Counted from the first letter of the stretch, positions 10,614-17,842 are shown. The stretch: 32,000 nucleotides of DNA from Nitrosococcus oceani ATCC 19707 (GCF_000012805.1 NC_007484.1:3240001-3272000), one strand, 5' to 3'. The notes: a model not told the origin generated them from the letters alone. A program made the numbers and translations.

Positions 10614-11063
10614 TCAAAGCGCTAATAGGGCCAGCTCCCGAGTCAGTTCTTCTTTGGCCGACGCCTCCTCTTTTGCCATTTGCCGTTCCCAAACCATCGA
10701 GTCCCACAGTTCAAATTTGTTGCCCTGCCCCACCAAGCTAATATTCTTCCCAAGCTCTGTCCGGCTCCTCAGCTCTAGTGGTAACAGAATACGACCATGA
10801 CCATCGAGCTCGCACTCCTCTGCATGACCAATAAGTCGTCGCTTGATATACCGAGCCTGGCGATTATGGGAGGGCAAGGCTACCAATTTCCGCTCTACAA
10901 TTTCCCACTCGGGCAGGGGATATAACTGCAAGCAAGGCTCAAGCAAATCAACTGTGATAATGACTTTACCATCGCAACAGATCCCTAAGGATTTGCGGTA
11001 TTTGGCAGGTATGGATAACCGTCCTTTGGCATCCAGGTTGAGTGTGGTTATCCCCCGAAACAA
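10614..11063 (-). CDS. mraZ: MraZ, dcw-operon transcriptional regulator
   Basis: 149-aa ORF starting MFRGITTLNLDAKGRLSIP (TTG start). It carries the duplicated MraZ DxxxR motifs (LDAKGRLSIP and LDGHGRILLP). It is the first gene of the dcw cluster. Confidence 0.93.
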   Translation of the reverse strand: MFRGITTLNLDAKGRLSIPAKYRKSLGICCDGKVIITVDLLEPCLQLYPLPEWEIVERKLVALPSHNRQARYIKRRLIGHAEECELDGHGRILLPLELRSRTELGKNISLVGQGNKFELWDSMVWERQMAKEEASAKEELTRELALLAL

Positions 11064-11090
11064 CGCCTACCCCTCAACTGAGCCATCTCT

Positions 11091-11114
11091 CCCACTTTAG
11101 CCCACTTTAGCCCA
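11091..11114 (-). promoter_or_regulatory. Candidate MraZ operator: three direct TGGG repeats at 10-bp spacing
   Basis: The minus strand reads GTGGGCTAAA GTGGGCTAAA GTGGGAGAG. On the plus strand this is CCCA at 11091-94, 11101-04 and 11111-14. The boxes lie immediately downstream of the candidate -10 and about 30 nt upstream of the mraZ start. In E. coli, MraZ binds TGGGN repeats with 10-bp periodicity at Pmra. Confidence 0.7.
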
Positions 11115-11123
11115 CTCGGCCTC

Positions 11124-11153
11124 ATAGTAGGTGCGCGCACCGCAGAGTGTCAA
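11124..11153 (-). promoter_or_regulatory. Candidate sigma70 promoter of the dcw operon (Pmra)
   Basis: On the minus strand there is a TTGACA (plus tgtcaa, 11148-11153), an 18-nt spacer, then TACTAT (plus atagta, 11124-11129). It lies about 60 nt upstream of the mraZ start. Confidence 0.55.
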
Positions 11154-11286
11154 CAGAGACTTAAGAGTTTCCTTTAAGTTTTCCCTGAAATAGCATATTT
11201 TTTTCAAAAATTTCAAGTATTTACAAACGAATGCTTGGGAAAAGGTTGAAGCTAAGAAGAAAGGGGAAAGGCAATAATGCGAAAGG

Positions 11287-11640
11287 ATTGAGACGACCGA
11301 TAAGCCGGGTTCTGTCGTGGACAGCCATTCATCTGGGATACATGTCACCATGCACCTCAAGCAGCCTACCCAGGAACGATGCGGGCCACATCTTTGTTCC
11401 TCTATTTGGCCTTGCTCCGAGTGGGGTTTACCTTGCCACGGTGTGTTGCCACCCGCGCGGTGCGCTCTTACCGCACCATTTCACCCTTACCGGCGCCCGC
11501 AGACGCTTAGGCGGTATATTTTCTGCGGCACTTTCCGTAAGCTCACGCCCCCCAGGCGTTACCTGGCACCCTGCCCTATGGAGCCCGGACTTTCCTCATT
11601 ACCTGAATTCAAGGTAACGCGGCTGTCTGGTCGTCTCATT
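11287..11640 (-). ncRNA. rnpB: RNase P RNA (bacterial type A, M1 RNA)
   Basis: The minus strand reads GAGACGACCAGACAGCCGCG...GAGGAAAGTCCGGGCTCCATAGGGCAGGGTGCCAGGTAACGCCTGGGGGG...GGTAAGGGTGAAATGGTGCGGTAAGAGCGCACCGCGCGGG...CTGTCCACGACAGAACCCGGCTTATCGGTCGTCTC. These blocks closely match the universally conserved regions of E. coli M1 RNA as I recall them. A P1 stem can form between GAGACGACC (11629-11637) and GGTCGTCTC (11290-11298). The ends are approximate to within about 5 nt. Confidence 0.93.
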
Positions 11641-11642
11641 AA

Positions 11643-11648
11643 ATTATA
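11643..11648 (-). promoter_or_regulatory. Candidate -10 box for rnpB
   Basis: A perfect TATAAT lies on the minus strand (plus attata, 11643-11648), 5 nt upstream of the first P1 nucleotide. I could not find a convincing -35. Confidence 0.3.
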
Positions 11649-11694
11649 ATAAGCTTAAATAGAAGGCGGGTTCTACATTTTGCTTAAATTAATT

Positions 11695-12648
11695 CTACCC
11701 GAGCGAATCTTCTTTGTCCTTGTCTATCGGATCCTGGTGGATAATAATCTCTGCTTGGGGAAAAATATTCAAGACCTTAGCCTCTACTTCTTTCCCTATC
11801 CGATGGGCCCGGTACAAACTTAACTGCCCATCCACACCTAGATGAAATTGAATAAATATATTTTGGCCGGCAGCTCGTGTCCGGAGATCATGGAAATCGA
11901 GCACTTCAGGATGGGATAAAGCAAGTTGGGTAATCTGCGCGCGCTTTTCTTCCGGCAGCTCCCGGTCCATGAGCTGGTCCAGCGAGCGGAAAATAATTTG
12001 CCAGGCAGTCCATAAAATATAAGCTGCAATACCCAACGCAAACAGTGGATCAGCCAGAGTCCAGCCCCCAAGCGTGCTTAACCCAATAGCCGCTATAACC
12101 CCCAAATTAACCAGCACATCCCCCGTGTAATGGAGCGAGTCCGCGCTAATCGCCAGGGAACCCGTCTTACGTATTACGCCGCGCTGATAGTAGACTAAGG
12201 CAAGCGTCAGCATAGTGGATACGCCCATCACGCCTATACCTAAAGCGCCATTTTCTACTGGCTGCGGTACCCATAGTAGCCTTATGGATTCCACCGCTAG
12301 AAAAAGCGCGGACCCCGTAATAAAAGCCGCCTGGCCTAACCCAGCCAAGGGTTCAGCTTTACCATGACCAAAACGGTGCTCCCGATCAGCTGGCGTCAGC
12401 GCGGTACGCACCGCAAACACATTAATCAGGGAAGCCGCCACATCTAGGGCAGAGTCAATCAAAGCGGAGAGCATAGCTACAGAGCCCGTCACTAGGTAAG
12501 CACCTAACTTAATCACCACAAGAATTACCGCCACCGACACGGCGGCATAGGTGGCACGCTGCGTAATCCGAGCATGATCACGAGATATAAGGACGGTTTC
12601 CGAAGGAAATATCGCCTTTTTAAGCTTATTTTCGGTTTGAGCCTTCAT
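11695..12648 (-). CDS. Cation diffusion facilitator (CDF) family divalent-metal efflux transporter, FieF/YiiP-like
   Basis: Six predicted TM helices. CDF metal-site motifs are present: DSALDVAAS (TM2 DxxxD) and HYTGDVLVN (TM5 HxxxD). The FieF-type loop HRFGHGKAEPLAGL and a C-terminal cytoplasmic domain are also present. I prefer the start at the internal ATG (MKAQTENKLKK, 12648) over the TTG-type extension to 12720. Confidence 0.85.
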   Translation of the reverse strand: MKAQTENKLKKAIFPSETVLISRDHARITQRATYAAVSVAVILVVIKLGAYLVTGSVAMLSALIDSALDVAASLINVFAVRTALTPADREHRFGHGKAEPLAGLGQAAFITGSALFLAVESIRLLWVPQPVENGALGIGVMGVSTMLTLALVYYQRGVIRKTGSLAISADSLHYTGDVLVNLGVIAAIGLSTLGGWTLADPLFALGIAAYILWTAWQIIFRSLDQLMDRELPEEKRAQITQLALSHPEVLDFHDLRTRAAGQNIFIQFHLGVDGQLSLYRAHRIGKEVEAKVLNIFPQAEIIIHQDPIDKDKEDSLG

Positions 12649-12749
12649 CCTTTCGCTCGCTATGAAATAAATGGGATTAGCGCAAGATGCATAAATAATT
12701 GGCGGTGGGGGTAAAAACAAAACCAGCTATCTGTCGGCGAATTTTCCGC

Positions 12750-14780
12750 TCAAAAACGGACCACTACGCTGCCGCGAATACTACGCGGAATGACAGGATG
12801 AAAAAGAATATCCGGAACGCCGCTTGATGGCTCTCCCGGCAGGCGAGAATCATAAAAATAAGCAATATCCGGATCTTCCGAGTTCAGAAGATTCAAAACG
12901 TCAAGCGCTATTTCCCATTGCTTAGCGTTGTACCCTGCTTTTAAGTTGAGCACTGTAGTACTGCGCGCTTTTACGTTCCCCCCCTCGGTTAAAGGAGAAT
13001 CGCCATAATGGCGAAGACGCAGTGCGCCAAAAAAACGGGTATTGGCCGGCCAATCCATGGTAACGCCTGCACTAATCACCCGTCCCAAAGAATTGGGCAC
13101 TTCCCCTCCTCCAGCAAATTTTGCTTTTGAAAACGCAAAGTCCGCCTCCAACGTGAGCCAGGAGATCAACTGATAGGAATTAGTCCATTCCACGCCGTAG
13201 CGATTACTGCTACCGGAGGGTTCAGTCGTGCCCGCATCACCCACAAAAACCAACTCAGAATCTAAAGCAAGGTACCATACGGCCAATGTCGTTGTAAGCC
13301 CCGGGATCCCCTGGTTCTTAAGACCCCCTTCTGCCCCTTGGGATCTGACCAAAGGATTGACTTGCTTAAGCGGCATGCCTGTTTCAGGATCCACCGTTGC
13401 CGTAACGCCGCGGGCATCATTGCTATGAAAACCATAGCCTGCATTAATAAAATATTCCGTTTTAGCCCAAGGTCCTAAGATAAAGCTCAGTTTCGGGCTG
13501 GCGATAAAATCCGTTCGATCGCCGGTATTTTCAGGCAGCCTACTATTCACATCAAAATTGTAAAAATCGCCCCGCAATCCTACAACGGAACGAAATTTAT
13601 CATTCCATTTTATTTCGCTTTCTCCATACCAACCTACTCTGCTTTGATAGACCTGGTCGCTGCGGACAGTACTTAGGCTCTTACGAGCCCGGGTGTGAAA
13701 AAGCCCCACCTCACCAATCGCATCATGGCGAAACTGCAAACCAATGGTATTAGCAACCTCTCGCTCGCCCCAGGCCAAAAACCAGGTATGCTCGGCTTCG
13801 GTGCCCACCACCCAGCGCCGATCTTTTTGATGTATCTGATCACCATTAAGGGGATCCTCAAGAAAAAAGGTAAAATTCGAGTAGAGATCGAGATCGTAGT
13901 AAAATCCATAGGCTGTGATATGAGTGCTGCTATTAGCCCGGTGATGTCGCCAGTTCACACCCAAACTATACCGGCTGCTTTCCCCCCCATCCGTGGGATC
14001 AATCGTGCCTAGACGGGAGATAAGCCCTTGCTCCACAGCGCGTTGCGGGATTTGATCCGTCGCCTTCCAACGCCCATGATAAGCTGAGCCCAATAAGGTT
14101 AGACCTTGGGCGCTATCACCCACCGTATACTTAATAAGCCCCTTATACTGCTTGCTATCATTGGAATGCACCCAAGGTCCATTATAAAAATTAAATTCAC
14201 CCGCATAAACCAGATCACCCTTTCCCAATTGGCTGGAATCAGCCAATAAACCACGATAAAAATCGTCCTCTCCAACGGCCAACTTCGCAATCCCCTGAGA
14301 CAGCCGATTAAAGGTTTGGATGCGGGCGTTTCCCGCCGAAGAAAAATCTCCAACATCCGCATAGTAAGGGCCTTTTTGAAAGGCAATACTCTCAACCATC
14401 TCAGGAATAAGACTATTTAAATCAAGATAGCCCTGTCCATGGGCATGGGTAGGCAAATTCAGCGGAATTCCATCAATGCTGGCTGAAAAATCGGTACCGT
14501 GATCCAGGTTGAATCCTCGCAGAAAATATTGATTGGCTTTACCCGGCCCGCTGTGCTGGGTTGCAATCATTCCCGGCACGACTTCTAGCAACTCGCCAAT
14601 CCTTAACAGGGGCCGCTTTTCGAGTTGAACATAGCTGACGCGGCCTTGGGAAACCGAAGCAGTAGGCCCAGTTAAATCTTTGGCATACTCGGTAACATTG
14701 ATTTTATCTAATTCGGCTGTTAGCGGCTCAGACTCTACGGGATGGGCATAAATCGCTTTACTCAAAAAAAAAGCGCGCAA
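12750..14780 (-). CDS. TonB-dependent outer-membrane receptor; the N-terminal signal peptide appears separated by a frameshift in an A9 tract
   Basis: 676-aa ORF with a plug domain (LEVVPGMIATQHSGPGKANQYFLRGF, GIPLN) and a long beta-barrel ending in the aromatic terminal residue VVVRF. The tracked TTG start leaves no usable signal peptide. An ATG at 14819-14821 opens a 19-codon ORF (MKDKKIWSTLLRGGCALFF) that would join in frame if the tract at 14764-14772 were 10 or 7 nt long. Confidence 0.85.
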   Translation of the reverse strand: MRAFFLSKAIYAHPVESEPLTAELDKINVTEYAKDLTGPTASVSQGRVSYVQLEKRPLLRIGELLEVVPGMIATQHSGPGKANQYFLRGFNLDHGTDFSASIDGIPLNLPTHAHGQGYLDLNSLIPEMVESIAFQKGPYYADVGDFSSAGNARIQTFNRLSQGIAKLAVGEDDFYRGLLADSSQLGKGDLVYAGEFNFYNGPWVHSNDSKQYKGLIKYTVGDSAQGLTLLGSAYHGRWKATDQIPQRAVEQGLISRLGTIDPTDGGESSRYSLGVNWRHHRANSSTHITAYGFYYDLDLYSNFTFFLEDPLNGDQIHQKDRRWVVGTEAEHTWFLAWGEREVANTIGLQFRHDAIGEVGLFHTRARKSLSTVRSDQVYQSRVGWYGESEIKWNDKFRSVVGLRGDFYNFDVNSRLPENTGDRTDFIASPKLSFILGPWAKTEYFINAGYGFHSNDARGVTATVDPETGMPLKQVNPLVRSQGAEGGLKNQGIPGLTTTLAVWYLALDSELVFVGDAGTTEPSGSSNRYGVEWTNSYQLISWLTLEADFAFSKAKFAGGGEVPNSLGRVISAGVTMDWPANTRFFGALRLRHYGDSPLTEGGNVKARSTTVLNLKAGYNAKQWEIALDVLNLLNSEDPDIAYFYDSRLPGEPSSGVPDILFHPVIPRSIRGSVVVRF

Positions 14781-14883
14781 CCTCCTCTAAGAAGAGTGCT
14801 CCAAATCTTCTTATCCTTCATGAAAATTACAACGATTTTTATTTTTATTTATTAGTCATGCTTAATTATAGCTAAATCTATAA

Positions 14884-15408
14884 TTACTGATACGCTGCAA
14901 CGATATTCTCAAGGGTTTCATGTTCGTTGTATTCTCTGATTTTTTTGATATTTCCGAAGTCTTTTTCTATGGGGTTAAAGTCAGGGGAATAAGGGGGGAG
15001 GAATAAAATTCCCGCCCCTGTTTTTTTGATGATTTCACGTGAAGAAACGGCTTTGTGGAACGGAGCATTATCCATGATGACAATGTGGTTGCTGTTGAGC
15101 AAGGGGCAAAGCTCTTTTTCCAGCCATGCATTGAACACAGCCGTGTTACAGGTTCCCTCAAATAGAAACGGCGCTTCAAAGCCTTCATCCATACGGGCGG
15201 CCAATAAAGAGGTTCGCGGTCTGCGATGACCGGAGATCAGACCATAAACACGCCGCCCCTTTGGAGCGTAAGCGTAACGACGGGAAACCTCCGGCTCAAA
15301 ACCGCTTTCATCAAGATAGACAAATCTTTTGCCGCGGCGGCGATAGCGTTCACGAAGGCGAAGAAAGCTCTTTCTTTTCATATTACAGCGCTGCGTGTAC
15401 CCCGTCAT
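14884..15408 (-). CDS. IS630-family transposase, DDE catalytic part (orfB)
   Basis: The catalytic triad is visible: YLDESGF, IVIMDNAPFH and FNPIEKDF. I count 35 residues between the second D and the E (DD35E), as in IS630/Tc1. The frame is +1 relative to orfA. Removing one A from the A8 run fuses the two ORFs into about 277 aa. Confidence 0.85.
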   Translation of the reverse strand: MTGYTQRCNMKRKSFLRLRERYRRRGKRFVYLDESGFEPEVSRRYAYAPKGRRVYGLISGHRRPRTSLLAARMDEGFEAPFLFEGTCNTAVFNAWLEKELCPLLNSNHIVIMDNAPFHKAVSSREIIKKTGAGILFLPPYSPDFNPIEKDFGNIKKIREYNEHETLENIVAAYQ

Positions 15409-15718
15409 TTTTTTTACGGGTTAACCCCATTTTGTGCATCGCATGCCAAATACAGTAATACGAAACGCCAAAATGCCGGGCGCGTTCTTTATAGGTGAGA
15501 GCAGCCTTGTCTTCCACATGGACCCGTAAAGCCTCCCAGTCCAGCTTGTGTGAACGGCGAGGGCCGGGACGCTCGTAACACAGCGCATCATCCTGCGACA
15601 ACCAGCGATAAATGCTCGCGCGGCCTACCTGAAATCTCCGGGCCGCTTCCGCCTTGCTTCCACCGCCCCTTACAAAATCGATTACTCGTTTGCGCAAATC
15701 AATTGAACATCTCATCAC
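15383..15718 (-). CDS. IS630-family transposase, N-terminal HTH part (orfA)
   Basis: 111-aa ORF with helix-turn-helix-like segments (SKAEAARRFQVGRASIYRWL and YKERARHFGVSYYCIWHAM). It ends just after an A8 run (minus strand, 15408-15415). Confidence 0.85.
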   Translation of the reverse strand: MMRCSIDLRKRVIDFVRGGGSKAEAARRFQVGRASIYRWLSQDDALCYERPGPRRSHKLDWEALRVHVEDKAALTYKERARHFGVSYYCIWHAMHKMGLTRKKNDGVHAAL

Positions 15719-15843
15719 AACAGTATGAATGAATATAACACAAATGTCTCAATATTTATAAATTTAGATATAGGTTCCCAAACGGCACTTTCGTCAAATG
15801 ATCCACTGCAAAATGAATCATTGCCAGTAATATATTACCCTGC

Positions 15844-17037
15844 TTACCGCAACTGGAGTTGAACACCAATGCCAACCGCACTGACTTTTTCTCCTTCCAC
15901 GCCAGGGACCCAAACCCTTCCCTTAGTATTAATATCACCGTATTGGTAAAAAAGAGAGATCCTAGCGTCATGTCCGTCTAGAACATAATTAAGGCCCACT
16001 TCAACCTCATTACGGTCTGAACTGTTACTGGGCCTATTATCCGTCCAGCGCATATAGGGCTGAAATTGACCTACCCATACTTGTTGAGAAAACAGATAAA
16101 GCGCCGTTGCCATATAGGCATGCCCTTCAAAGATGCAAAAGCAATTTGCAGCGGCTAACGCAGCTTGATCTAAATTAGGAACAAAATATTGGTACTCTCC
16201 CTCGAGGGTCAACACATCTTTATTGGCAAGCACTTTCTCTATGAGGAGATCCGCATTGGTTCCTAAAAAATCCGCCGGATTTTCGCTCGTGCCAACGCCA
16301 TTATCTTGATATTGAAAGGCAGCAGCAACGGTAAAAATATCGCCCGCCGCGCCATAATAAGTGCTGCTAGTGTAATAACCTGGATTTTGCTCTACATTCC
16401 AGAAGTTATAGCTCAAGCGCGCCGCGTACAGGGGGCCAGGCGCATCCTGGTGGCCGCGAAATATACCGGCCACATAAGTGAATCTTTTCTCCGCGCCTAA
16501 AGCACCCCAGAGATTCATCCCTTCATCGCGGCCGAACCGTCCCGCCTCACGATTCTCGCCAGAAAAATCGGAAGGATAGAAAGGAGTTCTATTAAATTCG
16601 AAAATATTTTGAAAAAAAGGACCGCTTAGCTCTCCCCGGGTAGCGGGAGTTAGCATGCGTCCTAGCCAAACATTGAAATAATCGGTAATGTCAAATTTTA
16701 AGATTCCATCCAATATCGTGATATCCCCTTCCTCCTCGCAAGCTGCGCACTCGGTATTAAATTCAAATTTAATATACTTATGCAGCTGCCCGTTAACATA
16801 AATACGAAAATTATTGATAGTGGGATTGGTGCTCCAACCATCGCCCGTTACATTACCGTTCTCGGTTGCCTTAAAGCTCGATTTTAAACCGCCACCAACA
16901 CTTATCCATTTAGTTTCATCAAGCTTGTAGTAACCTGCTGCCGCCTGAACCACGCTAGGGAGCCCCATGATAACCAGGATAAAGACGCTAGCAATGCCTG
17001 AGCGGTAATGCCCTTTCTTGTCATTGCTTCGAGACAC
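15844..17037 (-). CDS. Outer-membrane beta-barrel porin-like protein (OprO/P- or FmdC/SAP-like); candidate urea or small-solute channel
   Basis: 397-aa ORF with a GTG start preceded by AGAGGA. Sec signal peptide IASVFILVIMGLPSVVQA/AAG. Alternating aromatic and glycine-rich beta-strand pattern throughout. A WLGRMLTPATRGELSGP segment resembles the GRFxxPFxxE motif of phosphate and amide porins. It lies next to the urease cluster. The family assignment is from memory only. Confidence 0.6.
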   Translation of the reverse strand: MSRSNDKKGHYRSGIASVFILVIMGLPSVVQAAAGYYKLDETKWISVGGGLKSSFKATENGNVTGDGWSTNPTINNFRIYVNGQLHKYIKFEFNTECAACEEEGDITILDGILKFDITDYFNVWLGRMLTPATRGELSGPFFQNIFEFNRTPFYPSDFSGENREAGRFGRDEGMNLWGALGAEKRFTYVAGIFRGHQDAPGPLYAARLSYNFWNVEQNPGYYTSSTYYGAAGDIFTVAAAFQYQDNGVGTSENPADFLGTNADLLIEKVLANKDVLTLEGEYQYFVPNLDQAALAAANCFCIFEGHAYMATALYLFSQQVWVGQFQPYMRWTDNRPSNSSDRNEVEVGLNYVLDGHDARISLFYQYGDINTKGRVWVPGVEGEKVSAVGIGVQLQLR

Positions 17038-17078
17038 CTTAATCGTTTCCTCTTTTGTAATTTTATTGAATTCTAACC

Positions 17079-17093
17079 GCTGTTACAGCGCCA
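17079..17093 (-). promoter_or_regulatory. Candidate sigma54 (RpoN) -24/-12 promoter upstream of the porin gene
   Basis: The minus strand reads TGGCGC-TGTAA-CAGC, compared with the consensus TGGCAC-N5-TTGC. GG (17092-17091) and GC (17080-17079) are separated by exactly 10 nt. The -12 GC lies about 40 nt upstream of the GTG start. The same bases form a palindrome (CGCTGT-T-ACAGCG), so the call is ambiguous. Confidence 0.35.
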
Positions 17094-17190
17094 CTACCTA
17101 ATAAAATCCACGGACAGACAATCTCCTCCGGCCGAATAAAGATTTTATGACCGGATAGAACCTCTTCCTAAAGTGTTTGCTGGAGGCGAG

Positions 17191-17227
17191 AAAAACAGCC
17201 CGCGCAACGAATGGTTGCTGCGCGGGC
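17191..17227 (-). terminator. Rho-independent terminator after hupE (end of the urease operon)
   Basis: GC-rich hairpin in which GCCCGCGC (17198-17205) pairs with GCGCGGGC (17220-17227), plus further inner pairs. On the minus strand it is followed by TGTTTTTCT. It starts 13 nt after the hupE stop. Confidence 0.7.
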
Positions 17228-17239
17228 CAGGAAGCTTCC

Positions 17240-17824
17240 CTATGAGGCAAGCAGCCACAGGCCAGCACCTGCGGAACAGGTGCCCAGCATACGGACAAGA
17301 GGGGCAAAACGAGGGGGCAGAAAGCTGACGAGTCCAAAACCAATGGCATGCAGCGCCATGGTAGCCAGTACAAAACCCATGGCAAATCCGGCCGGGCTAG
17401 CCAATACCGGAATCTCCACCCCATGGGCATAGCCGTGGTTAACGGCAAACAAGGCTGTTCCCAATATCGCTACGAACAGGGGCAAACGTATGGCTAGGGC
17501 AACCAATAAACCCAGGGCGAGCACAGATACGGCGATAGCGTTCTCTACAAACGGCAGCGTTATTCCAAGATAAGCCGCCGATAGGCCGGCAAACAGCATG
17601 GCCAGAATAAAAGTCGCTGGCACCACTAGCCGCGCCTTCCCTTGCTGCTGAGCGGCCCATAGTCCCACGGCAAACATTGCCAACAAGTGATCCAAACCGG
17701 TCAAAGGATGCAGCAATCCGCTGATGAAGCCAGAAAAGTCATGCTCCGTATGGCCGGGGTGAGCCAGCGCAATACTAGAAAATAGTAGCAATGCAAGAAT
17801 GGATAGGTATTTTTTTGTCTTCAC
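17240..17824 (-). CDS. hupE: HupE/UreJ-family nickel permease
   Basis: 194-aa ORF with a signal peptide ending IALA/HPGH. The family signature HPxxGxDH is present (LLHPLTGLDHLLAM). It is a multi-TM protein directly downstream of ureG. Confidence 0.88.
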   Translation of the reverse strand: MKTKKYLSILALLLFSSIALAHPGHTEHDFSGFISGLLHPLTGLDHLLAMFAVGLWAAQQQGKARLVVPATFILAMLFAGLSAAYLGITLPFVENAIAVSVLALGLLVALAIRLPLFVAILGTALFAVNHGYAHGVEIPVLASPAGFAMGFVLATMALHAIGFGLVSFLPPRFAPLVRMLGTCSAGAGLWLLAS

Positions 17825-17842
17825 AATAAACTCTCCCTCTCA

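Larger units (their letters stand above)
14867..15772 (-). mobile_element. IS630/Tc1-mariner family insertion sequence (about 0.9 kb, ISY100-like size class)
   Basis: Imperfect terminal inverted repeats: 14867-14886 (tatagctaaatctataatta) against the reverse complement of 15753-15772, with 17 of 20 positions matching. TA dinucleotides lie at both ends, consistent with the TA target duplication of IS630. The element encloses a two-ORF DDE transposase. Confidence 0.8.

Noticed and set aside
10597-10707. N-terminal 37-residue extension of the rsmH ORF (MGLDGLGTANGKRGG...)
   Set aside because: It would overlap the 3' end of mraZ by 94 nt in another frame. The internal ATG at 10596 gives the conserved RsmH N-terminus and a 17-nt intergenic gap.
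11231-11649. Two overlapping plus-strand ORFs of 128 and 110 aa
   Set aside because: They lie entirely over the RNase P RNA gene on the opposite strand. The structured GC-rich RNA gene keeps the frames open by chance.
12649-12749. Possible NiCo (czcD-type) riboswitch or other leader upstream of the CDF exporter
   Set aside because: I could not recognise the conserved czcD-motif helices by eye. The roughly 100-nt gap is barely long enough. An Infernal scan with the Rfam czcD (NiCo) model would settle it.
14822-14866. Fur-box-like AT-rich sequence between the IS end and the receptor ATG
   Set aside because: The best alignment to the 19-bp Fur consensus gave only 11 of 19 matches in very AT-rich sequence, which is not distinguishable from background.
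15756-15971. 71-aa minus-strand ORF bridging the IS flank and the porin 3' end
   Set aside because: It overlaps the porin gene out of frame and runs across the IS inverted repeat. It has no RBS.
17098-17660. ORFs 17098-17448 (-), 17211-17432 (+) and 17439-17660 (-) around hupE
   Set aside because: They are alternative frames of hupE or span its terminator. They have no RBS and no recognisable features, whereas hupE has a signal peptide and the HPxxGxDH signature.
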